64,000 bases of DNA from positions 958,365 through 1,022,364 of the forward strand of contig NW_003314319.1 in NCBI RefSeq assembly GCF_000143415.4, read 5' to 3'. Origin of the DNA: Selaginella moellendorffii. Lineage: Eukaryota > Plantae > Lycopodiophyta. The position numbers and the translations under genes are program-made. Below the pieces are notes generated by a model, which was not told the origin of the DNA, did not search any database, and saw nothing but the letters and a program-made list of their open reading frames with translations. Position 1 is the stretch's first letter. Each line of letters starts with the position of its first letter. Of the stretch, positions 21,767-32,564 are shown in pieces.

Positions 21767-23139
21767 TTACGAGGCTGGCTGGGCGGTTTTTACATTACAT
21801 GATTTCTCGACATCGGCCGCAGAGTCCTTCTCCGCGGCCACGGCGGCCGATTCTGCCGCGGAATGGTAGCCCCTGCTCTCCAGTTCTTTCAGGAACAGCT
21901 CAGTCTGGTGCTCATCGATCCGGTATGGAGTGTGAGCAGCAGAAGGGAAGCGACCGCTGAGGACCTCGTCACGGTAATCTGCGAGACCTTGCTGTATAAC
22001 ATCTCCCACTTTTGCGTATTGTTTGCAGAATTTCGGGGTTATCTTGCACGAGCAAAGAAAACTTTGAGCAGAGAAGCAAAAGATTTAAAGACAGTATTAC
22101 CTTTCTGTGGTGAGGATGCTGCATCATTCCCAACAAGTCGTGATAAACTAGAACCTGCAATGGAAAAAAAAAGAAGCGTTTTTTCCTTTGTAAGTTTCCG
22201 AGCGAAGAACGTTAAGTTTCTTATAAACCTGGCCACTGCAGAAAGGCCCAGCTCCAATGCCGATGGTTGGTATCTGCAAGGACGAAGTGATGGCAGCAGC
22301 CACTGGCGATGGTATACACTCGAGAACCGTAGCAAAACATCCGGCAGCTTCCAAGTGCAAAGCTCTCTCCAGCACCTGGATGTTTTACGAATCGCTGCCA
22401 GCAAAACAAAGAGAGAAAACGTTGAATACCTGGACCGCATCAGAGAAACTCCGTCCTTGAGGCCGGAATCCGCCAAGAACACTGATCGACTGTGGAGTAA
22501 GGCCGACATGTCCCATGACTGCAATGCCGGCCTCGCAAATGGCCTTGGCTGCTGCTACTCGAGAAACGCTACCACCTTCCAGCTTGATCGCGTCCATCCC
22601 TCCCTCCTTGAGCATTCTTACGGCATTCTCGACAGCCTAAGAGAACTAAACCAATTCTAGCAAAAAAAGGAAGAAACTTAGAGACCTGGTCGGAGCTTAG
22701 CTCGTAGCTCCCAAAAGGAAGATCCCCAACGAGAAAAGCTCTATTTGCTCCTCGCTGCACAGCTTTACAATGCGTGAGCATGTCGCTCATGGTCACGGGC
22801 AGCGTGGTATCGTAGCCATGGACAACCATCCCTGCGCAAATTGGAGATAACATTTTTTCTCCCATCGATCACAAGAAAGAAGAAAAGCTTACCGGCAGAA
22901 TCCCCAACTAGGCAGATATCGATGCCCGCCTGATCGACATGGACGGCGCCAGGGTAATCGTAGGCCGTGACCATGGTGATCGGCTCCTTGGCGGCATACT
23001 TGGATTGCAAATGCCGCAGCGTGACCCTTGCTGATGGAGATTGCGGCTTGGGGCCGCCGTAGACGCGATCATCGGGTGTGTGTGCGAAGCCACGCCGCAA
23101 AGATCGAGCGCAAGCTCCAGCTATCCTCTTCCGGATCAT
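21767..23139 (-). CDS. panB: Ketopantoate hydroxymethyltransferase, multi-exon
   Basis: [51 protein letters not shown] and [10 protein letters not shown]. Confidence 0.96.
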
Positions 23140-23218
23140 CCTAAACCCTAAATCCTATTGGGCTAGGCAAGTACACATTGACTTTTATTGACTTTTATTG
23201 ACTTTTACTTTTATACGT

Positions 23219-24380
23219 TTACTCTTTGAAAAAGTGTATGAGCAAGGAGTTCACTTCCTCGGGCGAGTCTTCCTCCACGAAGTGGCCGCCAGGAAGAACA
23301 GCAACGTCGACGAGGTTGGGGACGTCTCGCTTCATTCCACCGCCGGTCACGTACTCCTCCAGCCCCGGGAACTTGCGCACGTAGTCGTCTTTGCCAATGA
23401 TGTAGAGGCAGCGGCTCGTCACCGGCATGTTGATCCAGGGGGCCATGAGCTCGAACTTCCTGCGGCAAAAATCGATCAAACTAGATCCAGAAAATGCAAA
23501 GAATTCTTACCTCCTGTTATCGCGATACGTGAAGTAGAGCGGGCACTCGAAGCCGGACTTCTCGTAGAGCTCGGACTGGACTTTGATGAAATCCTCGGTG
23601 AGCCAGCTCGGGATGGCGTCCGAGGTAGTGACCAAGTCCATGATCTCCTCGTCGGGCCCGGCGATCTGGAGCTCGGACCGGCAAAAGAGCGTGTAGATGT
23701 TCTTGAGCACGGTGGCCGTGTCGAATCGAGCGAAGTCTTTCTCGGCTCGCCCAGGTACCTGGAAAGAATGATGTAGAGCTGTGAGCTCAAAGTTGGAGCA
23801 GTGATTCACGGACTTACACCAAAACGATTCACGTAGAATCCTTCTTCCGGGGGGACTCTAAATCCTCCTAAGGGAATTCCAAGCGAAGCATAAGCTCTCA
23901 CGAGATCCGGCCTCATGCGACACAAGTTCCATCCGGTGAAAGCTCCAACGTCATGACCCACTACGAACACCTGCGATGGAGAGAGGATTTAGAAAACTAG
24001 AAAGGACGGGGTAAAGGAGTACGTACTGGATCTCCTCCAAGAGCATAGATGAGACCCACAATGTCTCCCACCAGATCCACAGGCGTGAGCTTGAAGTTGC
24101 CGGATGAATCCCTGGGACACTCGGTGAGACCATAGCCTCGCAAGTCTGGAGCAACGGCGTGGAATCCAGCGTCCGCCAGCGCCTTGAGTTGGAACCTCCA
24201 TGTATACCACGTCTCGGGGAAGCCATGGAGCAGCACCACAGTCGGCCCTCCTGATCGATCATGTTCTCAAAATCATCTTTTGCTTCTCGTTTCTTTGATT
24301 GCCTTACCTGACCCCATCTCCGCGATATGCATCTTGATGCCATTTGTGTCAATCACGCGGTGCGTTGCTCCTTCCGCCAT
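23219..24380 (-). CDS. Soluble epoxide hydrolase (alpha/beta hydrolase), copy 1 (5 exons)
   Basis: TNGIKMHIAE, LLHGFPETWYTWRFQ, APDLRGYG, nucleophile VGHDVGA, GKDD and GGHFVEE. Confidence 0.92.
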
Positions 24381-24769
24381 AGCCGTGAAAGAATGCAAGA
24401 ACTGTTTGCTCTAAGATTCCACTGTAAGTCCAAGACAAAATCGTTTTTTTTCATTGCCACAAAGTCCCACGACCAGAAGGTTAAAACGAATCTAGGTTCT
24501 CGTCAGCCAGCGAGTGATCAACTGGAGCCCTGCGGATGTGCAGGATGCTATACTCGTTTCAAGATTTTCCTGTGTTAGTTACGTTTGGTTCATTTCCATA
24601 GAAGGAAATTTGAGCCGCTCCTCATATTTCTCGCTCTTTTATTTTGCCTTGCGGTATTTGCGAGCAATCTCCTCTGGAGCATCATAAAAAATTCCAGCTC
24701 ATGTAGACGAGACTCACAATGCTTCCCACAGATAAACTCCTTGAGACCAAAGCCGAGGAAAGTGTTTTG

Positions 24770-24935
24770 AGTTGGAACCTTATACCACGTCTCCTCATAA
24801 AGCAATTTTTTTTTCCTTCCTTTTGTGCTCTGTGATATTGGTGTCGATCTTGCTCCTTCCGCCATGGCCGTCAAGAACAAGAACTCTTTGCTCTAAGATT
24901 CCACTGCAGAAAATTCTTGTTTTCATTGCCACAAC
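24770..24935 (-). pseudogene. Deleted 5' fragment of an epoxide hydrolase paralog
   Basis: gttggaacct/tataccacgtctc, ttgctccttccgccat, tttgctctaagattccactg and tttcattgccaca all match the exon 1-2 and upstream sequence of copy 1 (24188-24462). Confidence 0.75.
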
Positions 24936-24972
24936 AAGTTTAAGAAACCGGAACCAAACAAAACGAAACTCT

Positions 24973-26493
24973 TTAGCTGGTAACTGTGTTACTGGTTCGC
25001 TGGGGATGTAGAAGAGGCCACAGTTGAGCCGGGACGCCGGCTGCCCGTCCAGCCTTTTCTTCCAAAAACTCGCGGCTACGCCATGCCTGAAGCGCATCAG
25101 TGGGGCTCCAGTTGGTCTCTCGACGGCCGACGAGAACCTTGAGCATGCCATCGAAGTAGCGTTTGGCTTCGGTTCCCAGTGGTCGACTCGCAGAGGTGCT
25201 GGGCATTTCATAGCCCTGCTGCAGGCTGCATGAACGAGAGTTTGAGCATGAGAGACGAGCTTGAAATCGGGAAAAGAAAACTTTCTTACGTGTAGAAGAA
25301 GAAGCGACCAACTGGATGGAGGCCATCCGGCACCTTCATGTCCTCCAGAGCCATCTTCTTTTTCCACATCGCGAACTGGAACAGTACTTCTTCTTGAGTA
25401 GCGCTTGGAGTGAACTTCTTGGGATTGACTGGAGCTTCCTTCTCTGGAAAACCTGTTCACGGAGAAAAATGCCAATTGGGAAAAGCAATGGCACAACTTA
25501 CATTTCAAGCTCTTCGAAACAATCCTTTGGTGTCGGACCTGCACGAATCCGTCTATCTCTAGAACTCCGTAGTACCACCGGCTCTTATCTTCGGCCTGGA
25601 AATCTCCACGAAGTTAGAGCCACATTTATGAAGCAGAAGAACATACCATGATGTAAACCGGCCGCCAGTAATCTTTCGAGAGTGCTGCCGTCTCGCGGAG
25701 CTCATCTATGGCATACATCGCAGGCTGGAACAGATCCTTGATCCCAGCCTTGGTCTTCCATTCCTTGACGAACTTCAGCTGCTGGCCACGCACGGTCTGG
25801 ACGCTCTTGAACACATGCAGCAGCACGACGGAAGAAGAAGCGAGAGTCGCACACTGTGCAACGTCCTCCTCTTCATCCTCTGACGACAACTCCGGATCCG
25901 GATCGACGAGGAGCTCCTCGTTGTTTGCGTACTTGACTGCAAAGCCTTGCTTTCTATCGGGCTCTTTCTTGCTGTATATGGCAGCTTTCTCCGGCCCGGG
26001 TCTCGTAAAACGGCCGAGGTTGCGCGTCATCCTGTCGAGAATGGGTGCCTCGGAAGGGTCCTCGCCTTGAAAGGTAGTGGAGTAGAGCACGTCCGAGGTA
26101 ACAAGGTCGCTAATGCACCTCAGGGTTTCGTCACGCATCTCGATTACGCAAAACCTGCGAGAAGGTTTGAAGTATCCAACAGCGAATAAAGAGCACGGAC
26201 CGATCGTAAAGGGGCATTGTCCTGCAAAACGAGAGCAAGCCAAAGCGCTGCCAGAACTCTTGCTCCTTGATTTCGCATGGTGTTTTGGCAAACAGCTCGT
26301 CACTCTTATCCTTTCCCTGGAGCTGGTTGACAAGGGCTTCCAGCTACAGAGATACGAGAGCTTGCATGAGAAATCTCGCTGACCGTCCTACACAAATTAC
26401 CTCCTTGTCGGACAAGTTTGTGATTTGCTGGAGAAGCCTTTGGCGCTTGCCCGGCCTTCCTTCGTAATCCTCGTAATCTTCATCAGATGACAT
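24973..26493 (-). CDS. Orphan 6-exon protein, possible PD-(D/E)xK nuclease-like fold
   Basis: GT-AG splicing gives one continuous frame from MSSDEDYEDYEGRPGKRQRL through VLLHVFKS...DLFQPAMYA...PVYIMAEDKSRWYYG to QRTSNTVTS*. The function is inferred only. Confidence 0.6.
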
Positions 26494-26799
26494 ATTTGAC
26501 AAGTTGACCTAGGGTTGCCCTTTTTATGACCTAGGGTTTTTCAATTTAAATAGTAATTTATATATTTCACTCGTATAGAAGAATATTAATTCTAAAATGA
26601 GTTATATTCATTTCTTTGAAACCAGGTTTTATATTTTCAAAGACTAAAATTTTTCGTCGGGTCCATCCAATAATGTGGCCAGTTGGATGGGTATAACTGG
26701 AAAAATTGGGAGTTTCCAAACTCTATTCTTCCAAGCTATGGCTCTAAGATTCTTCCAAGGTTCCATCGCTTACTTTTATGAGCTTCTTAAACTAAGCTG

Positions 26800-28554
26800 A
26801 TGCTGGGGAAGTTACTGGGTAAATCCAGGATGTTGGAAGAAGAAGAAATCCTTGTCCAGAAATATGCCAAGTGCGGCAAGGTTGACGAGGCTCTTGAGAT
26901 TTTTCACAGGCTTGCGGATCCCAGTGTTGCGACGTGGAACCTACTGGGCGCTGGGCATGCACAGGTCGGGCAACTCAAGAAATCTAGGCAAATCTTCGAA
27001 GAAACACCGAGGCGCGATGTAATCTCGTGGACTGTTATGGCGACTGGGTTTGCCATAAACGGTCACATTGACGCTGCCAGGCTCACATTCGATCTGATGC
27101 CTGCGAGGAGCACAGTTTCATGGAACTCAATGATCAAAATCTATGCCGATGATGGGCAATTGAAAGAGGCAAATTGGCTTTTCGATCAAATGCCACATCC
27201 CAACACAGTTTCGTGGACATCTCTCATGTCCGCAAATGCCCAAAAGGGGCATTATTTGCAAACGAAGACTCTGTTTGACCGCATGCCACAGCGCGACATG
27301 GTGACGTGGACGATGATGGTCACGGCGTACGGGAAAGCGGGGTGCGTTGACCAGTCCGCGTCAGCGTTTGACAGGATGAGCTGGCGAGACATGGTAACGT
27401 GGAATGCCATGCTACACGTCTATGCCGCGAATGGGTGTCTTGACGGGGCCGTTGCTACATTTGGCCAGTTACCGCAGCGCAGCGTCATTGCTTTAAACGC
27501 AATTATCCACGCTTTCTTCGAATCTGGAAAAATTGAGCAAGCAAAGTCTATGTTTGATCAGATGAGCCACCGAAATAACATCACTTGGAACACCTTGTCT
27601 CAAGCATATGCCCAAAGAGGAGATATGCACACTGCAGCTGCTATACTTTCAAAGATGCCCCAACAGGACGTCGTGACATGGACCGCAACGATCCACCACC
27701 TTGCAGAGTCCGATCGTCTTGATAAAGCGCGAGAAATGTTCGATCGAATAACAAATCCAGACGCAGTGGCCTGGAACGCAATGCTTTCAGCATATACCCA
27801 GTCAGGGCATCCGCTGGAGAGCCTCAATCTCTTCCGGGAGATGGCGTTGCGAGGCACGGCCGTTCCCACAGACTACACATTCTCGATCGCCCTCGACGCC
27901 TGCGCGACGCTGTCCGCTCTCGCCGACGGGAGGATCATCCACGCTCTCCTCCCGAGCTCGAGCCTCGCCTCGGTGGTGGTGAGGACCGCGCTCGTCAACA
28001 TGTACAGCAAGTGTGGGAAGCTGGACGAGGCGAGGGCGGTGTTCGACGGCGTCGAGGAGCAAGACCTTGCGAGCTGGAACGCCATGGTCGGGGCATACGC
28101 GAGGAACGGGCATGCGCTCGAGTCCCTGGCGCTCTTCCGGTCCATGGAGCTCTGCGGTATGCCGCCGGACGAGACGAGCTTCATGAGCGTCCTGGGGGCG
28201 TGCAGCCACGCCGGGCTGGTGAGGAGGGCCTACGGCTACTTCGCGGCCATGCCGCGCGACTATGGCGTCACGCCGGACGTGGAGCACTACCGGGCGGTGC
28301 TGGACGTGCTGGGGCGGTCGGGGAGGCTGGGGGAGGCCGAGGATCTCATCGCGAGCATGCCGTTTTGGCCGGATGGGCTATCGTGGACGACGCTGCTGGG
28401 CGCTTGCAAGGGGCACGGGGACGTCGAGCGCGCGGAGAGGGTGGCAAGGAATGCGCTCGCGCTTGTTCCGGAGCATCCCCTGGCTTATGTGCTCCTCTCT
28501 AACATCCAAAAGGCTGGTGCCGAGTTCCAGGACGATCTGGAAGAGGATTCATAG
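26800..28554 (+). CDS. PLS-class PPR protein with tandem short repeats and E domain, no DYW
   Basis: Intronless 584 aa with FDxMPxRxxVSW repeats, ending MPFWPDGLSWTTLLGACKGHG...YVLLSNI. Confidence 0.94.
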   Translation: MLGKLLGKSRMLEEEEILVQKYAKCGKVDEALEIFHRLADPSVATWNLLGAGHAQVGQLKKSRQIFEETPRRDVISWTVMATGFAINGHIDAARLTFDLMPARSTVSWNSMIKIYADDGQLKEANWLFDQMPHPNTVSWTSLMSANAQKGHYLQTKTLFDRMPQRDMVTWTMMVTAYGKAGCVDQSASAFDRMSWRDMVTWNAMLHVYAANGCLDGAVATFGQLPQRSVIALNAIIHAFFESGKIEQAKSMFDQMSHRNNITWNTLSQAYAQRGDMHTAAAILSKMPQQDVVTWTATIHHLAESDRLDKAREMFDRITNPDAVAWNAMLSAYTQSGHPLESLNLFREMALRGTAVPTDYTFSIALDACATLSALADGRIIHALLPSSSLASVVVRTALVNMYSKCGKLDEARAVFDGVEEQDLASWNAMVGAYARNGHALESLALFRSMELCGMPPDETSFMSVLGACSHAGLVRRAYGYFAAMPRDYGVTPDVEHYRAVLDVLGRSGRLGEAEDLIASMPFWPDGLSWTTLLGACKGHGDVERAERVARNALALVPEHPLAYVLLSNIQKAGAEFQDDLEEDS

Positions 28555-28669
28555 TGCCATGGTATAGCTGATGGGAATTTTCGACGCACATTCTTTAAAG
28601 ACAATTATCGCTAGATTGGCAGATCCCAAGCAAACCATGAGGATGCCACAGTGTCCATCAGGCAATGGC

Positions 28670-28727
28670 GATGCTTTACTATTTGAAGAAGCGTATGAGC
28701 AGGAAGTTCACTTCCTCAGGCGAGTCG
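28670..28727 (-). pseudogene. 3'-end fragment of an epoxide hydrolase
   Basis: atgctttactatttgaagaagcgtatgagcaggaagttcacttcctcaggcgagtc matches 54108-54163. Confidence 0.75.
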
Positions 28728-29164
28728 TCGCCATTGGAGCTGATACATTATAAAAATTCATCCTTTGGGCGATCATGTTTCTAAAGATCACGTCTAAGTA
28801 AAGCTCAACAATGAAAAACATAATTTATATTTGTAAAAAAAACTTTTAGTAGTATCGTTTGGCACCCATAAAAATGCAATGTAAGGCTCCAGATTTTGGC
28901 AGTGATTACTATTACCTTTAAATTTCATTGTGAATTTTAATTGACTTGCAACTGCGTGTGAAACGCAAGCGAAAACAGTCAATCTCACCACACAAAATTC
29001 CAGCATGGAAAGTGAAGTGCCATGTCACTCGTAGCCCGGCCTATCACAGCGCCTTATCTTCCACCCCCTTATCTCTCCCCTGCAATCCAAACAGCTTACC
29101 TTATAGAAACAGCGTCCACTTTCTCGCTATCTTTCCTTCGCTGGAAGCTCTTCCAAAGGGGGCG

Positions 29165-29750
29165 ATGGCGGCCACTTCTTTCCTGGGATCTCCAGCTCTG
29201 CTCAAGCCACAAACCACTTCCCAGGCCAGCACTGCGGCTCCTCTCAAGACCAACTTGGCGATCAAGGCAGCTCAAGGCAAAGACGAGAAGAGCAGCAGGA
29301 GAAACATCGTCGGGATTGCAGCAGCTGCGTTGCTCGTTGGAGGATTGCTGTCCGGCGAGCAAGCCAAGGCCGGGCTTGTGGAAGATCTTCTCGCAAAGTC
29401 TGCTGCTAACAAGGTATGTCGCGTCGAGGCTGCTTGCGTAGATCTTACTCGCGAGAGATCTGGCTGCAGGAGCTAAATGATAAGAAGCGACTGACAACGA
29501 GTGGAGCGAACCTGGCCCGTGCCTACACAGTCGAGTTCAATACTTGCAGGTTCCCGTACAACTTCACCGGCTGCCAAGATCTCGCGAAGAAACAGGTACG
29601 GTAGTAGCGAGCTTGAGCACAGCCTTGAATTTGCTGCTGCATATTCTTATCCAGGATGTCAAGTTCTTGAGCGACGATCTGAAGCTCGAGTGCGAGGGCA
29701 AAGATAAGTACAAGTGCGGCTCCAATGTATTCTGGAAGTGGGGGAAGTAA
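29165..29750 (+). CDS. PSAN: Photosystem I subunit N (3 exons)
   Basis: Twin-Arg lumen transit (SSRRN...AKA), then KSAANKELNDKKRLTTSGANLARAYTVEFNTCRFPYNFTGCQDLAK...LECEGKDKYKCGSNVFWKW. Confidence 0.96.
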
Positions 29751-29948
29751 ACACATGAAATGGAAATCTTACGAAAAGTTGATCCAGTCTTGTTGATTGT
29801 TCAAAAACGGAGAAAACAAATCGACCATTGCTGCGAAGCATAGATTGTGATCCTGTATAAAAAAAGAACGAAAAAAGGAAACGAGTAAATGAGTATGAGA
29901 TTAAAATGATTCTTATGTACTTCCGTATTACGTCTATATACAGATTGA

Positions 29949-31375
29949 CTACATCCCTGCTTCCGCGTTTCCCGTCGCAGGGATGGTTTTGGAACAAACG
30001 TTTCCCCTGCACAAGGGGCACACCCTGCATTAAGCAAGAACAAAAGAGTTAGAATAAGACAAGCAAGAAAAGGTCCTCTCTCATTTATTTACCTATGAAC
30101 TTCTTTGAGCCACTTGTCGACACAGGCCTGGTGGTACTCATGTTGACACGGCAGAACCCGGATCTGATCCCCTTCCTCATATTCCACCAAGCATATGTGA
30201 CACCTGAAGCGCACGGCGATCTATGTGTTATTCAACGCGCAAAACTTTATCCTCAAGGACTTACTGTGCAGCTTCCTCGGCCCTTTTGTAAGAACGAACC
30301 GGGATCGAATTCACTACTGTATCTGGAGCAGGAAGCAATGCCAAAGGCATACTCGCAGACTGCGACAGTGCTACTGATTGCCTGTGGATCTCGTCAAGCA
30401 CCTGAAGCAGTAACAAAAATCTCAGCTTGAAATCAAACGAAAACAAAAGGCAACAAAATGGACGAATGAAAGAATGCTACGAACCTCGAATAGTGCTTCC
30501 GCAAGCATGATAATGCGTGAGATGCTTGCTCTCGTGCTAGAGTCTTCACTGGCTTGAGTTTCACAGGAACAGTGGCCATTGAACTGCCCAGCGGCAGGAC
30601 AGCTTCTTTCGTGGCCATGAGAAATTTGGAGACCCCCGCTAAGTCGTTGCAGCGCCCAAACCTGGAAGACGAACACCAAGAACAATAGAAAGAAGTTAAA
30701 ATCTTACGTGAGAAAAACGAAGGCATGAGAAAAATAAAAAGAGAAAGCTTTTCTTACATGTGAACGAACGTGTCGTCTTCGTTCTTCCCAGTCCATGGCT
30801 CTGTCACCTTCCGTGTGCTCGGCATCGGACGAGCTCCTCCAGTGTTGAAAGTTCCAGCGGCTGGTGGAGGAGCCATTGTCATCGATCTCCTCGATCGCCA
30901 CAATGGTGATAGGAGCGGTGCTGCGTCGGTGCGATGCCGCCCTCGTCAAGGCGTCCCAGAACCTCCTCCCACTGTTGCGTCGCGACTCTCGCCCGGAGTG
31001 ATCCACGGCACGCACGAGATCGACGGGGATCTCGTCGAAAAACTGGTTGGAATCACGAGCCAGTTGCTGTGGAGTTCGCTGCCTGGTAGTAGCTTCGCTG
31101 GAAGGAGGAGGATTTTCCACGGCGAGCGGAGAAGAAGAGGACGATGATGACGACGACGATGACCCAGTAGCCTGTTCTTCATCGCCTGACCTGTCCAACT
31201 TATCGAGTTCTTCGTCACTGTCCAGCCCATCCTCTTTGTCCTCGTCAAAAGAAGACGCGATCGATCTCGCGGCTGACGAGCTCTGGGGATTCTCGACCTC
31301 GACAATCACCGATTCACGAGCCTCCCGGCCTCTCTCGGTGCACGAGCATCCGGGGGGACGATCCGTGGACTCCAT
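29949..31375 (-). CDS. RING-H2 E3 ubiquitin ligase (5 exons)
   Basis: [24 protein letters not shown], then the spliced C-H-I-C...[29 protein letters not shown]. Confidence 0.9.
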
Positions 31376-32564
31376 GCTGCTAGATCCCCTGGAAATTTCG
31401 ATCTGTATCTGATCCCTGCCCCGCGATCCACCATCCCTAGGAAGCGAGGAGCCCTCATCGAGCCGAAATATCGCAGCGCCATCGCTCCCGGACGAAATTC
31501 CTGTCTGCCGGCCGCGAGAAACCCTTCCCTGCGAGGCAAGACACCAAGAAAATCACTCCCCGGGCACCAAGAAAACGATTTTGCGGCACGCGATCGAATC
31601 AAGAAGAGAGAATGGAGGAGCAGCAAAAGAATCATCCAAGAAAGAATCAAAGGAGGAAGAAAAGAAGATCACTAGACCTCGGATTGGTTGCGGCAAGCAT
31701 CAGATGCATGGCCTCGCTCCCTTCTGCTGGAGCGCAGCCTAGAAGCATCAAGATTTCTGCTACTACTGGATCCCATACCTCGATTATAACACCGACCTCG
31801 AGCTGGAGCTAGGGCGCCCTAGAGATCCAAGAGAAATCACCGCCTCTCTCTATCTGCCTCACAGATTATCAGGAAATCCCCCGGCGCAGCCACATTCCAA
31901 TCAGTCGCCCCGACCACAACAAGACGACGCCGACGGCGAGGAGGAACAAGCTCGAGACACCATAGCCACGGGCAACCGGGCAGGCTAACACGGTGCGTGT
32001 GGCCATTATTGGTGGTGGCCCGGCAACGGGCAGCGGGCAGCAAACGCCATGTGAATCCAATATTCTTTTGACTTTAGTGGCCCCCGATTAAATCTTTTCC
32101 TTTTCGCGGATAAGCACGATTCTTAGCACCCCGAACGTCCCGGGTTCGAATCCCAGCCCTCTTTCAATCTATCGAGAACAAAATTTTCAGCTCTCTCGCT
32201 CGGAAAAACAATGCCATCCTTGTACAAAGTTTTTGGTTTGTCAGTAAAAGAAACAAAGACAAGATCTTTCCCCCTCGAAGAACAAAGAACAGCTATATAC
32301 TCCTCAAACTTTTTTCTCGCCGCGTTGTTGTGGTTGGATCATCCATCTCTCTCTTCTCTCTCTCTCAAATCTCTTCTTTCATATCTTACACCAGTCGGTC
32401 AGATCAGATCGCTAGCAGCAGCAAAACGCAAATTTTGAGGAGCAAAATCAGAAAACCCGTGTCAAATCCTTTCACCCTTCCCTGTGTTGTGTGTGTTCTT
32501 CCTTTTTTCCTCTTTCCTTCCAAATTCCAGCTCGCTTTCCTATAGAGAAATTTTTTCCCTCTCA

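Noticed and set aside
20416-24380. Biosynthetic gene cluster (PUP, panB, epoxide hydrolase)
   Set aside because: No scaffold-forming enzyme, and panB is primary metabolism.
32095-32170. tRNA gene (cccgggttcgaatcccag T-arm/B-box)
   Set aside because: Only the T-arm is convincing. I could not build a D-arm, anticodon stem or acceptor stem, so it is at most a tRNA/SINE-derived remnant.
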